Assembly (NCBI GenBank): GCA_003141555.1
Contig: PLMN01000023.1
Coordinates: forward strand, 79,916-143,915
Reading direction: 5' to 3'
Origin: Candidatus Aminicenantes bacterium
GTDB lineage: Bacteria; Acidobacteriota; Aminicenantia; Aminicenantales; UBA4085
DNA length: 64,000 bases
Shown: positions 17,737 through 25,861 of the stretch, piece after piece
Numbering within the stretch: the first letter of the stretch is position 1
Layout of the letters: every line of letters begins with the position of its first letter
The notes under the pieces: generated by a model
What the model saw: only the letters and a program-made list of their open reading frames with translations
Databases searched by the model: none
What the model was told of the DNA's origin: nothing
Program-made: the position numbers and the translations under genes

Positions 17737-18959
17737 TGACCAGCGACAGGTTTCCGCGGAGCCTGGGAATCAAGCCCCTGAAGTTCCCCCGCTTTGACAC
17801 ACCGCACGCCACGATCGAGACGAACCGCACCTGCGACATCCGCTGCTCCGCCTGTTACAACCTGAACCGGACCCACGTCAAGACGATCGCCGAAATCCGG
17901 GCCGAGATCGATCTGGCCCTGTCCCTGCGCAACCTGGCGATGATCACCCTCCTCGGCGGGGAGCCGACGCTCCATCCCGGGCTGGCGGAGATCGCGGCTT
18001 ACGTAAAAAGCAAGGGCCTGACCTGCCAGATCCTGACGAACGGGCTGACCATTCTCAAAGACGAAAGCGGCCGCTACCTCGCCGGGCTGGCCGCCGCGGG
18101 CGTGGACCGGATCGTCCTCCACGTGGATTCGGGCCAGAGCCACGTCCACGGCGACATCGAGGCAGCGCGGTGCGCCCTGTTCGCCAAGCTCGAGGCGGCC
18201 AAGATCCGCTTTTCCCTGTCGCTCACGATCTACGACGGCCGGCAGGGAGAGATTCCGGACCTTGTCCGCCGCTACGCGTCCTACCGGTATTTCGACGGCA
18301 TTCTGGCGATCCTGGCCCGCGACGCCCCTCCCGTCAAGATCCAACATCCCGAGCTCGCCCTCGAATACGACGCCCTCGCGCGATCGCTCGCCGTTCAGCC
18401 CGTGGCTTACGTGCCGTCGAGCCTGAGCGATACCGACGTCCACTGGCTCGTCTATTTCTATTTCATGGACGCCGGGACCGGCGAAGCGTTCGCCCTTTCC
18501 CCCCTCGCCTATCGGATCTTTCTGCGGGCCCACAAGCTCCTTCGCGGCCGGAATCTGCTCAATGCGGCCATCCCGCCGCGCCTGACGCCGCTCCTCGCCG
18601 CGGCCGCGGGCGCGGGCGAGGTCCTGCTCCATCCCGGGCGCCTGTCCGCCTTCGCCGCGTTCCTGGCGCGCCCGGCCCGCTCGCAGGCGCAGGAAGCTCC
18701 TCGTCCGCGCCGCCCGCGGCGATCACGGCTCCGCTTCCACTACATCGCCATCCAGACGCCGCCCGAGTTCAACGAGCGGCGGGGAATCCATCAGTTTTGC
18801 TACAGCTGTCCGGATGCGACGATCCGGAACGGGAAATTGACGCCCGTCTGCGTGGCGGACCGGGTGAGCCCGCTCCCGGGCGAAGCACGGGCCGTAGACG
18901 CCGCGTTGGCGCGCGCCGTCTACGGTCCCATGCGGGAGCCGGCCGGGCTTACAGCTTGA
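17733..18959 (+). CDS. Radical SAM enzyme with a C-terminal cysteine-containing auxiliary region
   Basis: CDIRCSACY CxxxCxxC motif. C-terminal CYSCPD...PVC. Translationally coupled to the upstream lipoprotein gene. Confidence 0.8.
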   Translation: MMTSDRFPRSLGIKPLKFPRFDTPHATIETNRTCDIRCSACYNLNRTHVKTIAEIRAEIDLALSLRNLAMITLLGGEPTLHPGLAEIAAYVKSKGLTCQILTNGLTILKDESGRYLAGLAAAGVDRIVLHVDSGQSHVHGDIEAARCALFAKLEAAKIRFSLSLTIYDGRQGEIPDLVRRYASYRYFDGILAILARDAPPVKIQHPELALEYDALARSLAVQPVAYVPSSLSDTDVHWLVYFYFMDAGTGEAFALSPLAYRIFLRAHKLLRGRNLLNAAIPPRLTPLLAAAAGAGEVLLHPGRLSAFAAFLARPARSQAQEAPRPRRPRRSRLRFHYIAIQTPPEFNERRGIHQFCYSCPDATIRNGKLTPVCVADRVSPLPGEARAVDAALARAVYGPMREPAGLTA

Positions 18960-20112
18960 ACCAGCTCTTCAGGACGTCGGCCTTGTCGGTCCGCTCCCAG
19001 GTGAACTCGGGGAGCTCGCGGCCGAAGTGGCCGTAGGCGGCCGTCTTCTGGTAAATCGGCCGGCGCAGGTCGAGCATGTCGATCATGCCCTTGGGCGTGA
19101 CCTTGAAGATCTCGCGCACGGCGTTCTCGGCCTGGTGCTCCTCCACCTTGCGGCCGCCGTGGAGGCTGATCATCAGGGACGTGGGATCGACGACGCCGAT
19201 GGCGTAGGACAGCTGCACGGTGCAGCGCTCGGCCAGGCCGGCGGCGACGATGTTCTTGGCGATGTAGCGGGCCATGTAGGCCGCGGAGCGATCGACCTTC
19301 GTGGGGTCTTTCCCGGAGAAGGCGCCGCCGCCGTGGGGGCAGCTGCCGCCGTAGGTGTCGACGATGATCTTCCGGCCGGTCAGTCCGGTGTCGCCGGCCG
19401 GGCCGCCGATGTAGAAGTTGCCCGAGGGGTTGATGAGGTAAACGATGTCCTGGGGCAGAAGGTTCGCCGGAATGATCGGGTCGATGATGTGGGCCCGGAC
19501 CGCGGCCTCGATGTCCTTGTGGGAGACGCCCTTCGTGTGCTGGGTGGAGAGCACGACGCGCTCCACGGCCACCGGGCGGTGGCCGACGTAGCGGATGGAG
19601 ACCTGGGACTTGGCGTCGGGCAGGAGCCAGGGGATGAGGCCGGCCTTCCGGACCTCGGACTGCTTCTGGAGCAGCTTGTGAGCGAGCATGATCGGGAGGG
19701 GCATGAGCTCGGGCGTTTCGGTGCAGGCGTAGCCGAACATCAGGCCCTGGTCGCCGGCGCCGATCTCGCCGTCCTTCTTCTCGACGGCTTCGTTGATGTT
19801 GGCCGATTGGCCGTGCATCAGGTTCTCGACGTCGCAGGTCTTGTAGTCGAAGCCGCAGCCCGCGTCGCAGTAGCCGATGTTCTTGGCCGTCTCGCGGACG
19901 ATCGCCTCGACATCGAATTTGACGCCCTGCTTCGCCTGGAATTCCCCAGCTACGACGGCCTTATTTTCCGTCAGCAGGGTCTCGCAGGCCACGTGGCCGT
20001 GGGGATCCTGCTTGAAGATCGCGTCCAGCACCGCGTCCGAGACCTGGTCGGCCATCTTGTCGGGATGGCCTTCGGACACGGATTCCGAAGTAAAAAGATA
20101 ATCTCTTTCCAT
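18949..20112 (-). CDS. metK: S-adenosylmethionine synthetase
   Basis: [35 protein letters not shown] and other hallmark MetK motifs. ATG at 20112 has an AAAGGAGG RBS. The ORF track's upstream extension to 20148 lacks an RBS. Confidence 0.95.
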   Translation of the reverse strand: MERDYLFTSESVSEGHPDKMADQVSDAVLDAIFKQDPHGHVACETLLTENKAVVAGEFQAKQGVKFDVEAIVRETAKNIGYCDAGCGFDYKTCDVENLMHGQSANINEAVEKKDGEIGAGDQGLMFGYACTETPELMPLPIMLAHKLLQKQSEVRKAGLIPWLLPDAKSQVSIRYVGHRPVAVERVVLSTQHTKGVSHKDIEAAVRAHIIDPIIPANLLPQDIVYLINPSGNFYIGGPAGDTGLTGRKIIVDTYGGSCPHGGGAFSGKDPTKVDRSAAYMARYIAKNIVAAGLAERCTVQLSYAIGVVDPTSLMISLHGGRKVEEHQAENAVREIFKVTPKGMIDMLDLRRPIYQKTAAYGHFGRELPEFTWERTDKADVLKSWFKL

Positions 20113-20150
20113 CTCACGAACCTCCTTTCGTTCAGGATGAAAATCCAATA

Positions 20151-20245
20151 AAAAAGCCCGGCGCTAGAGGGCCGGGCTTGGTTTAATTCTTGTCTTGAGG
20201 AGACAAAAAAAGCCTGGGCTAAATTCCTTCTAGCTCAGGCTACCG
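20151..20245 (-). promoter_or_regulatory. metK 5' leader carrying two consecutive hairpin+U-tract (terminator-like) structures; candidate SAM-responsive riboswitch/attenuator expression platform
   Basis: On the minus strand: GCCUGAGCU-11nt-AGCCCAGGC followed by UUUUUUU (20240-20204). Then AAGCCCGGC-8nt-GCCGGGCUU followed by UUUUAUU (20180-20146). This lies about 35-130 nt upstream of the metK ATG. Confidence 0.35.
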
Positions 20246-20409
20246 GTTTTTTTAGCACCTTGTTTTTCGCGGCTGCAATAGACCTCAAATCAGTCCCGCG
20301 TTCGGTTCTCAAAGATCGTGTCCACGGATCACGCGATCCGGGAAGCGAGAAAAATAGCACCGATAGGCCGGGAAGTCAAGAAAAAATTGCGGCACCGCGC
20401 CCATTCAAT

Positions 20410-20437
20410 TTGATTTTATGGCGTCCGACTATATATT
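20410..20437 (+). promoter_or_regulatory. Possible sigma-70-like promoter TTGATT-N16-TATATT for the secreted-protein gene at 20465
   Basis: AT-rich intergenic hexamers read from the sequence. Confidence 0.2.
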
Positions 20438-20464
20438 GTGTCCAGCTTCCTTTTGGGGGGAACC

Positions 20465-21508
20465 ATGAAAAAGATCGCCATTTTGGCCCTCGTGCTCGCC
20501 GGACTGTTTTCGCAGGCCGCCGCCCAAGCAGACAAAAATAAGACATCGACGGCTGCCAAAGAACTCAAAATTAGTATGAACAGCAAAGGAACGGTAAGCG
20601 AGATATCCTGGAACGCGAAAACGATTTATCCCCCTTCGATTAACGACCAACCCTTCCCCCTCGACACGTCATTGGATCCTTTTATTGTCCGCTTGCCGGG
20701 TGGAGACGCTTTCCCAAAAGAGCTGAACGTCGGGACCACGGTCACGATCATGATCTTTATGGCCAAAGATATGGCTAAGCATGAATTCAAAATCACGGTC
20801 ACTCCCAAGAAAAGCAAGTATGAATTGGTCCCGATTTTCACGGGAGAAACGAAACCGGCCATGAAGTATGCCGCTGACGGCACCAAGATAATTCCGCCCC
20901 CTCCCGATTTCGTGTCTTCGTTCATCCTCGACGAAAGCGGGACAACCTACGAGATTAAAGTCACTCGATTGGGAACTGACCCGGAAAAAGACAAAGACAA
21001 GGATATTTTCACGGAGAATCTGCAGACCCGGGCCCGTTACCGCTTCGGCTCGCACGTAGGAGTATTCATTCCATTCGGGCAGTCAAGCGAATACAGCCTG
21101 GGGTATGCGACTCCCGCCGACGCCAACGCCACCATCATGGAAAGCAACCGGCGGAACGTGACCATGATCTTCATCGGCTCGTTCTATCCATTCAACTTCG
21201 AGCCGGATGGCGAGTGCTTATCCTATCGGCGCATTCAGCTGAATCTGGCCACCGAGTTGTCCAGCTCTATATTCAAGAAGATCTATTTCGGGCTCGGCTA
21301 CGATCTCACCTATGCTTCGATCAGCCTCCTGGGCCGTTTCGCCACGGTCCAGGAGCTCCAGAGCGGATTCAAGCCGGGCGACCAGATCACAGGCGGCCTC
21401 AAATCCGTGCCCACCGTCTCCAGGAACAAATTGGACTGGGGACTGACGATCTGCATGCCGATGAACTTGATTATCGCCTGGCTGGGCAAATCGCTGGGGT
21501 TGAAATAG
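20465..21508 (+). CDS. Secreted hypothetical protein (signal peptide), low-GC gene
   Basis: MKKIAILALVLAGLFSQAAAQA signal peptide. G-rich RBS. Lower GC than flanking genes. Confidence 0.7.
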   Translation: MKKIAILALVLAGLFSQAAAQADKNKTSTAAKELKISMNSKGTVSEISWNAKTIYPPSINDQPFPLDTSLDPFIVRLPGGDAFPKELNVGTTVTIMIFMAKDMAKHEFKITVTPKKSKYELVPIFTGETKPAMKYAADGTKIIPPPPDFVSSFILDESGTTYEIKVTRLGTDPEKDKDKDIFTENLQTRARYRFGSHVGVFIPFGQSSEYSLGYATPADANATIMESNRRNVTMIFIGSFYPFNFEPDGECLSYRRIQLNLATELSSSIFKKIYFGLGYDLTYASISLLGRFATVQELQSGFKPGDQITGGLKSVPTVSRNKLDWGLTICMPMNLIIAWLGKSLGLK

Positions 21509-21575
21509 CGAGGATAGATGAGGGGCCGCCCGCGCGCTCCCGGATCAGGATGGCGATGCGCGTGGGATCACATCT

Positions 21576-22103
21576 CTATCGCAGGGGATCATCCGGCATG
21601 CCGAGGAAGCGCCTGACGTTTTCGACCAACCGCGCCACGTCGGCCTCGGTCATCCAGGGGGCCGAGAGGTGGTCGAGGAACTCCTCCCGGCCCAGCCCGA
21701 GGCGGATCGCCTCCCGCATGACGATCGCGTAGCCCTCGATCTCGGTCTCCCGGTCGACGTAGGCCTTCTCCATGTCCCAGAGATTCCGCCCCTCCTCGAG
21801 CTGCCGCAGGTGGGTCAGCTCGTGGAGGATGTCGAGATACAGGTCCCGCGCCTTGCCGTTCTTGTAGTAATCGTAGGCGATGGCGATGCACGGCACGAGC
21901 ACGTCGACGAAGATGTAGCCCTCGCGGGCCCGGACCTGGATCCTGGACTTGCGCAGGAGGCGCAGCAGATCGTCCCGCGAGGCTGAGATGGTCTCGAGCG
22001 CCGGGCTCTCCTCGAGGCCCGGGAAAAGGTCCAGGATCGCGTAATCGCCGAGCCCGTGACCGCGGTCGATCCGCATGTAATCGAAGAGGGGCGTCTCGCT
22101 CAT
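21576..22103 (-). CDS. Small HEXXH-motif protein (putative zinc metallopeptidase-like), hypothetical
   Basis: HELTHLRQ motif. Start was chosen at the internal ATG 22103, because the longer ORF overlaps the upstream gene's 3' end. Confidence 0.55.
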   Translation of the reverse strand: MSETPLFDYMRIDRGHGLGDYAILDLFPGLEESPALETISASRDDLLRLLRKSRIQVRAREGYIFVDVLVPCIAIAYDYYKNGKARDLYLDILHELTHLRQLEEGRNLWDMEKAYVDRETEIEGYAIVMREAIRLGLGREEFLDHLSAPWMTEADVARLVENVRRFLGMPDDPLR

Positions 22104-22120
22104 CGTCGGGATCACGCTTC

Positions 22121-22813
22121 TCAAGCGGTCGGCTTCGGCCCCTTGCACGCCTTCACGCACACCCCGCAGATGTGCTGGCTGACGACGTGCGCTTTCCGCC
22201 ACTCGTCGAGCTTCGCGTAGCAGGCCCGGTGGTCGAAGTCCTCGGGCCGCTCCTTGATCGCCCCGGCCGGACAGGGCGCGATGCAGGCCCGGCACGTCCC
22301 GCAGCCGAAGGCGACGGGGCTCCCCGCCTCGAGCGGCATGTTGGTCAGGACAGTGACCAGCCGGAACCGCGATCCGAGCTCCTTATTCACGAGAAGGTTG
22401 TTCCGCCCGATCCAGCCGAGCCCGGCCAGCACCCCGATCTTCTTGTGGGGCGCGTGGGCCCGCTGGTTTTCCCAGTCCACGATCTGCGAAGCCGCGATCG
22501 GGAGCGCCGCGAAGCCGAAGTCCTGGATGCGCGAGGCGACGAGGAGCGCCCCCCGGTCGAGGAAGAAGTTGAGCTGGCGATAATGGTGGAAGTAGAGCGG
22601 CGTCGGCCTGTCCACGATATCGTCCAGGACGGCGTCGATCGCCCGCACGCCGAGAGAAATGGCGCGGGGGAATTTGGCCTTGGCGGCCTCGGAGAGGAGG
22701 AATTCGCCCCGAATCGACGCAATATCCGCCATGCCGAAGAGCGAGAAGCCGAGGGAGAGGGAGAATTCGCGAATCGAAGACGTGGAACGCGATAAATCCG
22801 GCAGTCCTGACAT
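22121..22813 (-). CDS. QueG-like 4Fe-4S protein (epoxyqueuosine reductase family core), short form
   Basis: GLGWIGRNNLLVNKELGSRFRLVTVLTNMPLEAG followed by CGTCRACIAPCPAGAI and CGVCVKAC. Start is uncertain: ATG 22813 or TTG 22852. Confidence 0.6.
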   Translation of the reverse strand: MSGLPDLSRSTSSIREFSLSLGFSLFGMADIASIRGEFLLSEAAKAKFPRAISLGVRAIDAVLDDIVDRPTPLYFHHYRQLNFFLDRGALLVASRIQDFGFAALPIAASQIVDWENQRAHAPHKKIGVLAGLGWIGRNNLLVNKELGSRFRLVTVLTNMPLEAGSPVAFGCGTCRACIAPCPAGAIKERPEDFDHRACYAKLDEWRKAHVVSQHICGVCVKACKGPKPTA

Positions 22814-22937
22814 GACATAGGGATCATACGGAGGGATGGCAGCGGCTGTCAAATCAAGTCAAGTTCGCCGTCCCGACAGTATCGCACATTTTATGTTGAC
22901 AATTTATCTGACCCTAAATAGATTGAGAACATTCGTG

Positions 22938-25838
22938 ATGGGAAATAATTCTTCGAAGAATTCGTTTTTCATTTTCTTCGCGATGTTGTTGTTCGTTTCA
23001 CTGCGCGCCGGAGGAGCTGATCCAAGAGAAGAAAAACCCATTCAGGTTCCGATCAAGAGTTTACTGGATCAAGCGCAGACGGCAAGGGCTAATGGCGATT
23101 TCGCCAAATCCATGCATATATACCAGGGTCTGAGGGGGCGGGAGAGCGTCCTTTCCGAAGGGGAAAAGCTGACCCTCTTCACCCAACTTGCCGTCCTCGA
23201 GTGGAACATCGGCGAAATGCCAATGTCGAAATCCTATTATGAAAAATCTCGGGAGATCGCGGTATCGTCAGGCGACAACGCTCAGGCCCTATTCTGTGAC
23301 GACGCCATCAAGATTTCCGATCTCTATGCCCGCGCGAAGGATTATCGAATTCACGAAAAATACAAGGATTCCATTTCCTTATTCGCTGAAGCCATCGCCC
23401 TGGCCCAAAAAAACCATAGCCGTGAACATGAGCTCAAGTGTTTGAGACAATTGGGCGCGACATATTGGAATCTCAACCAATTCGACCTCTTCCATGACCT
23501 GAATCTTCAGGCGCTCGAGATTGCCAAGGCCATCCATCATCTGGGGGAACAAGGCGTATGCCATAACAACATCGGCTTGTACCACTGGAAGCGCTCGGAT
23601 TATTCGAACGCCATTAAGCACTTTCAAACGGCTCTCGAGATCGCCGACAAGAATCATTTGGAATATGACAAGTCGGACTGCATGACAAATCTGGGGCTCG
23701 TTTATGCGGAATTCGGAGATTATGAAAACGCAAAAGACTACATTTCGGGCGCGATGGAGGTCGATGCCAAAGCAAGGGACGCGTACAATCTGGCGATTGA
23801 TTACAACAATTACGGCATGATCCAAAAGAATATCGGCCTGTCGTCCCGGCAGATGGATCATGTTTACGCGGCCATAGAAAGCTATGGCAAGTCGTACGCC
23901 CTGGCGAAGGAAATTTCCAATAATAATATCCAATGCATCGCAAGCGCCAACATGGGAGAGGCCTTTGCCAGTCTGGATCAGTATTTCAAGGCCATATTCT
24001 ATTTCAACACCGCCCTGATTCTGGCCTCGGAGATGGGGAATACGGAGTTGGAAGGTCAGATCAACAATAATCTGGGCCGGGTCTATCTGAATCTGTCTCA
24101 GCTTGACGCGGCAATGGCGTTCTATGAAGAAGCAATCCACCTCGCCCTCTCGGGGCCTTATGCCAACCCGCTCTGGGAGGCCTACTTCGGACTGGGCGAG
24201 TGCTACGAAGCGAGGCGTAATGTTCCGCGCGCCTTGAATTGCTACCGCAAGTCCATCGATATCGTCGACGGCATCCGAAACAAGATCCTTTTGGAAACCT
24301 ATAGAATCGGCTTTTCCAGGAATAAGCTCAAGGTCTATGAGCGCCTTATCCATCTGATCTGGGAAAACAAGTCCGCTCGTCCCTACGCCGATGCTGACAA
24401 CGACATCTTCAATCAAATAGAGAAAATCAAAGCAAGATCCTTCTTGGAATGCCTGTCGGAATCGAGCATCGACGTCCTCGAGAACATGGACGACGTGAAA
24501 AAGAAGGAATTGCTCGATTCCTCCGGCAGGACATCCTCCTTGTCCTTCGAGCTGGCGCGCCAAGAAGCCGATGCCGCATCGCGGCAAGACATCGGGAAGA
24601 AGCTGGCGAGAGAAGAAGAAAATTATTTTCGGTTGATGTCGAACTTAAGAACGGATCATCCCGCGTTGGCGAGCCTGGTCTCGCCGAAGCCGGCCAGGCT
24701 GGAGGACGTTCAGAACGTCCTCACCGACGAACATACCGCCCTCATCGATTTTTATTTAGGTGAAAGACGATCCTATCTCATCTATGTCACCCATAAATCC
24801 ATCGAAATCCAGCCGCTCCCGCCGAGAACGGAAATCGAAAAGCTGGTTGCGCCCTATATCAAACTCCTGTCCTCTCCCCGGAGGAACGATCTTGACGGGC
24901 GGAAAGCCGGCAAGCGGCTTTTCCGTCTGCTCTTGTCCGGCCTGGGCTGGGAGCGGCAGCCATTCATCGACAATCTGGTTATCATCCCTGACGGGATCCT
25001 CAATTTCCTTCCTTTCGAGACGCTCATCATCACCCCTCCCTACCAACCGGAGCAATATCTTATCGGCCGATATAGCATCTCGTATGCGCCATCAGCCTCG
25101 GTTCTGATCATGCTGAAGGAGATGGAGCCGAAAACAGGTCCCTATCGAGGAATTCTGGCCTTGGGAAACCCGGACTACGCCGGCGCAAGAGAGAAGGTCC
25201 GCTCATCCTTCGGCCTCAAAGCAGGCACCTATAGCAAATTCGCGAATAGCCTGGCTCCTCTCCCGCTATCCCAGGACGAAATTGAAGCCATCGCGGTATT
25301 CTTTCCCCAGGAACAAAGGAAAATATTCCTTGGATATCAAGCCCGCGAGGATGTTCTCAAGGACAACTCACGCTCGGCATACCAGATCATCCATCTGGCC
25401 TGCCACGGGATCATCGACGAGGCCGTGCCGTATCGATCCTCCTTGATTTTGAGCCCAAACCCCGACACCGGCGATGACGGCATATTGCATGCATGGGAAC
25501 TTTACAACCTGAAGCTTAGGGCCAATCTCGTCGTCCTGTCCGCATGCCAAACGGGCTCCGGGGCGATCGAAAGGGCGGAAGGCGTATTAGGTTTGACAAG
25601 GATCTTCTTCTATGCGGGTGCCAGCTCCATCCTATCCACCCTATGGCCTATAAGCGATAAATCCACGGTCTTCTTCATGAGGAGCTTTTACGGAAATTTA
25701 TCTTCGGGGCTTTCCAAGACCCAAGCGTTGAGAAACGCAAAAATCGCGATGATGAATTCCTCATATTCCGACCCATACTATTGGGCAGGATTCATTCTCA
25801 GCGGAAATGCCTCTTCGAAGATCAAATTCGAAAACTAG
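22938..25838 (+). CDS. Secreted/membrane-anchored TPR-repeat protein with C-terminal CHAT (caspase-like) protease domain
   Basis: N-terminal hydrophobic segment FFIFFAMLLFVSL. Many TPR repeats. CHAT His/Cys dyad context IIHLACHGI ... LVVLSACQTG. Low-GC gene. Confidence 0.85.
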   Translation: MGNNSSKNSFFIFFAMLLFVSLRAGGADPREEKPIQVPIKSLLDQAQTARANGDFAKSMHIYQGLRGRESVLSEGEKLTLFTQLAVLEWNIGEMPMSKSYYEKSREIAVSSGDNAQALFCDDAIKISDLYARAKDYRIHEKYKDSISLFAEAIALAQKNHSREHELKCLRQLGATYWNLNQFDLFHDLNLQALEIAKAIHHLGEQGVCHNNIGLYHWKRSDYSNAIKHFQTALEIADKNHLEYDKSDCMTNLGLVYAEFGDYENAKDYISGAMEVDAKARDAYNLAIDYNNYGMIQKNIGLSSRQMDHVYAAIESYGKSYALAKEISNNNIQCIASANMGEAFASLDQYFKAIFYFNTALILASEMGNTELEGQINNNLGRVYLNLSQLDAAMAFYEEAIHLALSGPYANPLWEAYFGLGECYEARRNVPRALNCYRKSIDIVDGIRNKILLETYRIGFSRNKLKVYERLIHLIWENKSARPYADADNDIFNQIEKIKARSFLECLSESSIDVLENMDDVKKKELLDSSGRTSSLSFELARQEADAASRQDIGKKLAREEENYFRLMSNLRTDHPALASLVSPKPARLEDVQNVLTDEHTALIDFYLGERRSYLIYVTHKSIEIQPLPPRTEIEKLVAPYIKLLSSPRRNDLDGRKAGKRLFRLLLSGLGWERQPFIDNLVIIPDGILNFLPFETLIITPPYQPEQYLIGRYSISYAPSASVLIMLKEMEPKTGPYRGILALGNPDYAGAREKVRSSFGLKAGTYSKFANSLAPLPLSQDEIEAIAVFFPQEQRKIFLGYQAREDVLKDNSRSAYQIIHLACHGIIDEAVPYRSSLILSPNPDTGDDGILHAWELYNLKLRANLVVLSACQTGSGAIERAEGVLGLTRIFFYAGASSILSTLWPISDKSTVFFMRSFYGNLSSGLSKTQALRNAKIAMMNSSYSDPYYWAGFILSGNASSKIKFEN

Positions 25839-25861
25839 AAGCGGAGCGGGGACGTTCCCCC

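Noticed and set aside
20113-20300. SAM-I (S-box) riboswitch in the metK leader
   Set aside because: I could not find the conserved S-box core (e.g. the GGNGGAGGGA / GCCC...GGC kink-turn context) by eye. It is kept only as a generic structured-leader/riboswitch candidate pending cmscan.
22852-22938. Overlap between the QueG-like gene (long form from 22852) and the CHAT gene (long form from 22836)
   Set aside because: Both long forms use non-ATG or RBS-less starts. The shorter forms (ATG 22813; ATG 22938 followed by a hydrophobic signal) give a clean divergent arrangement.
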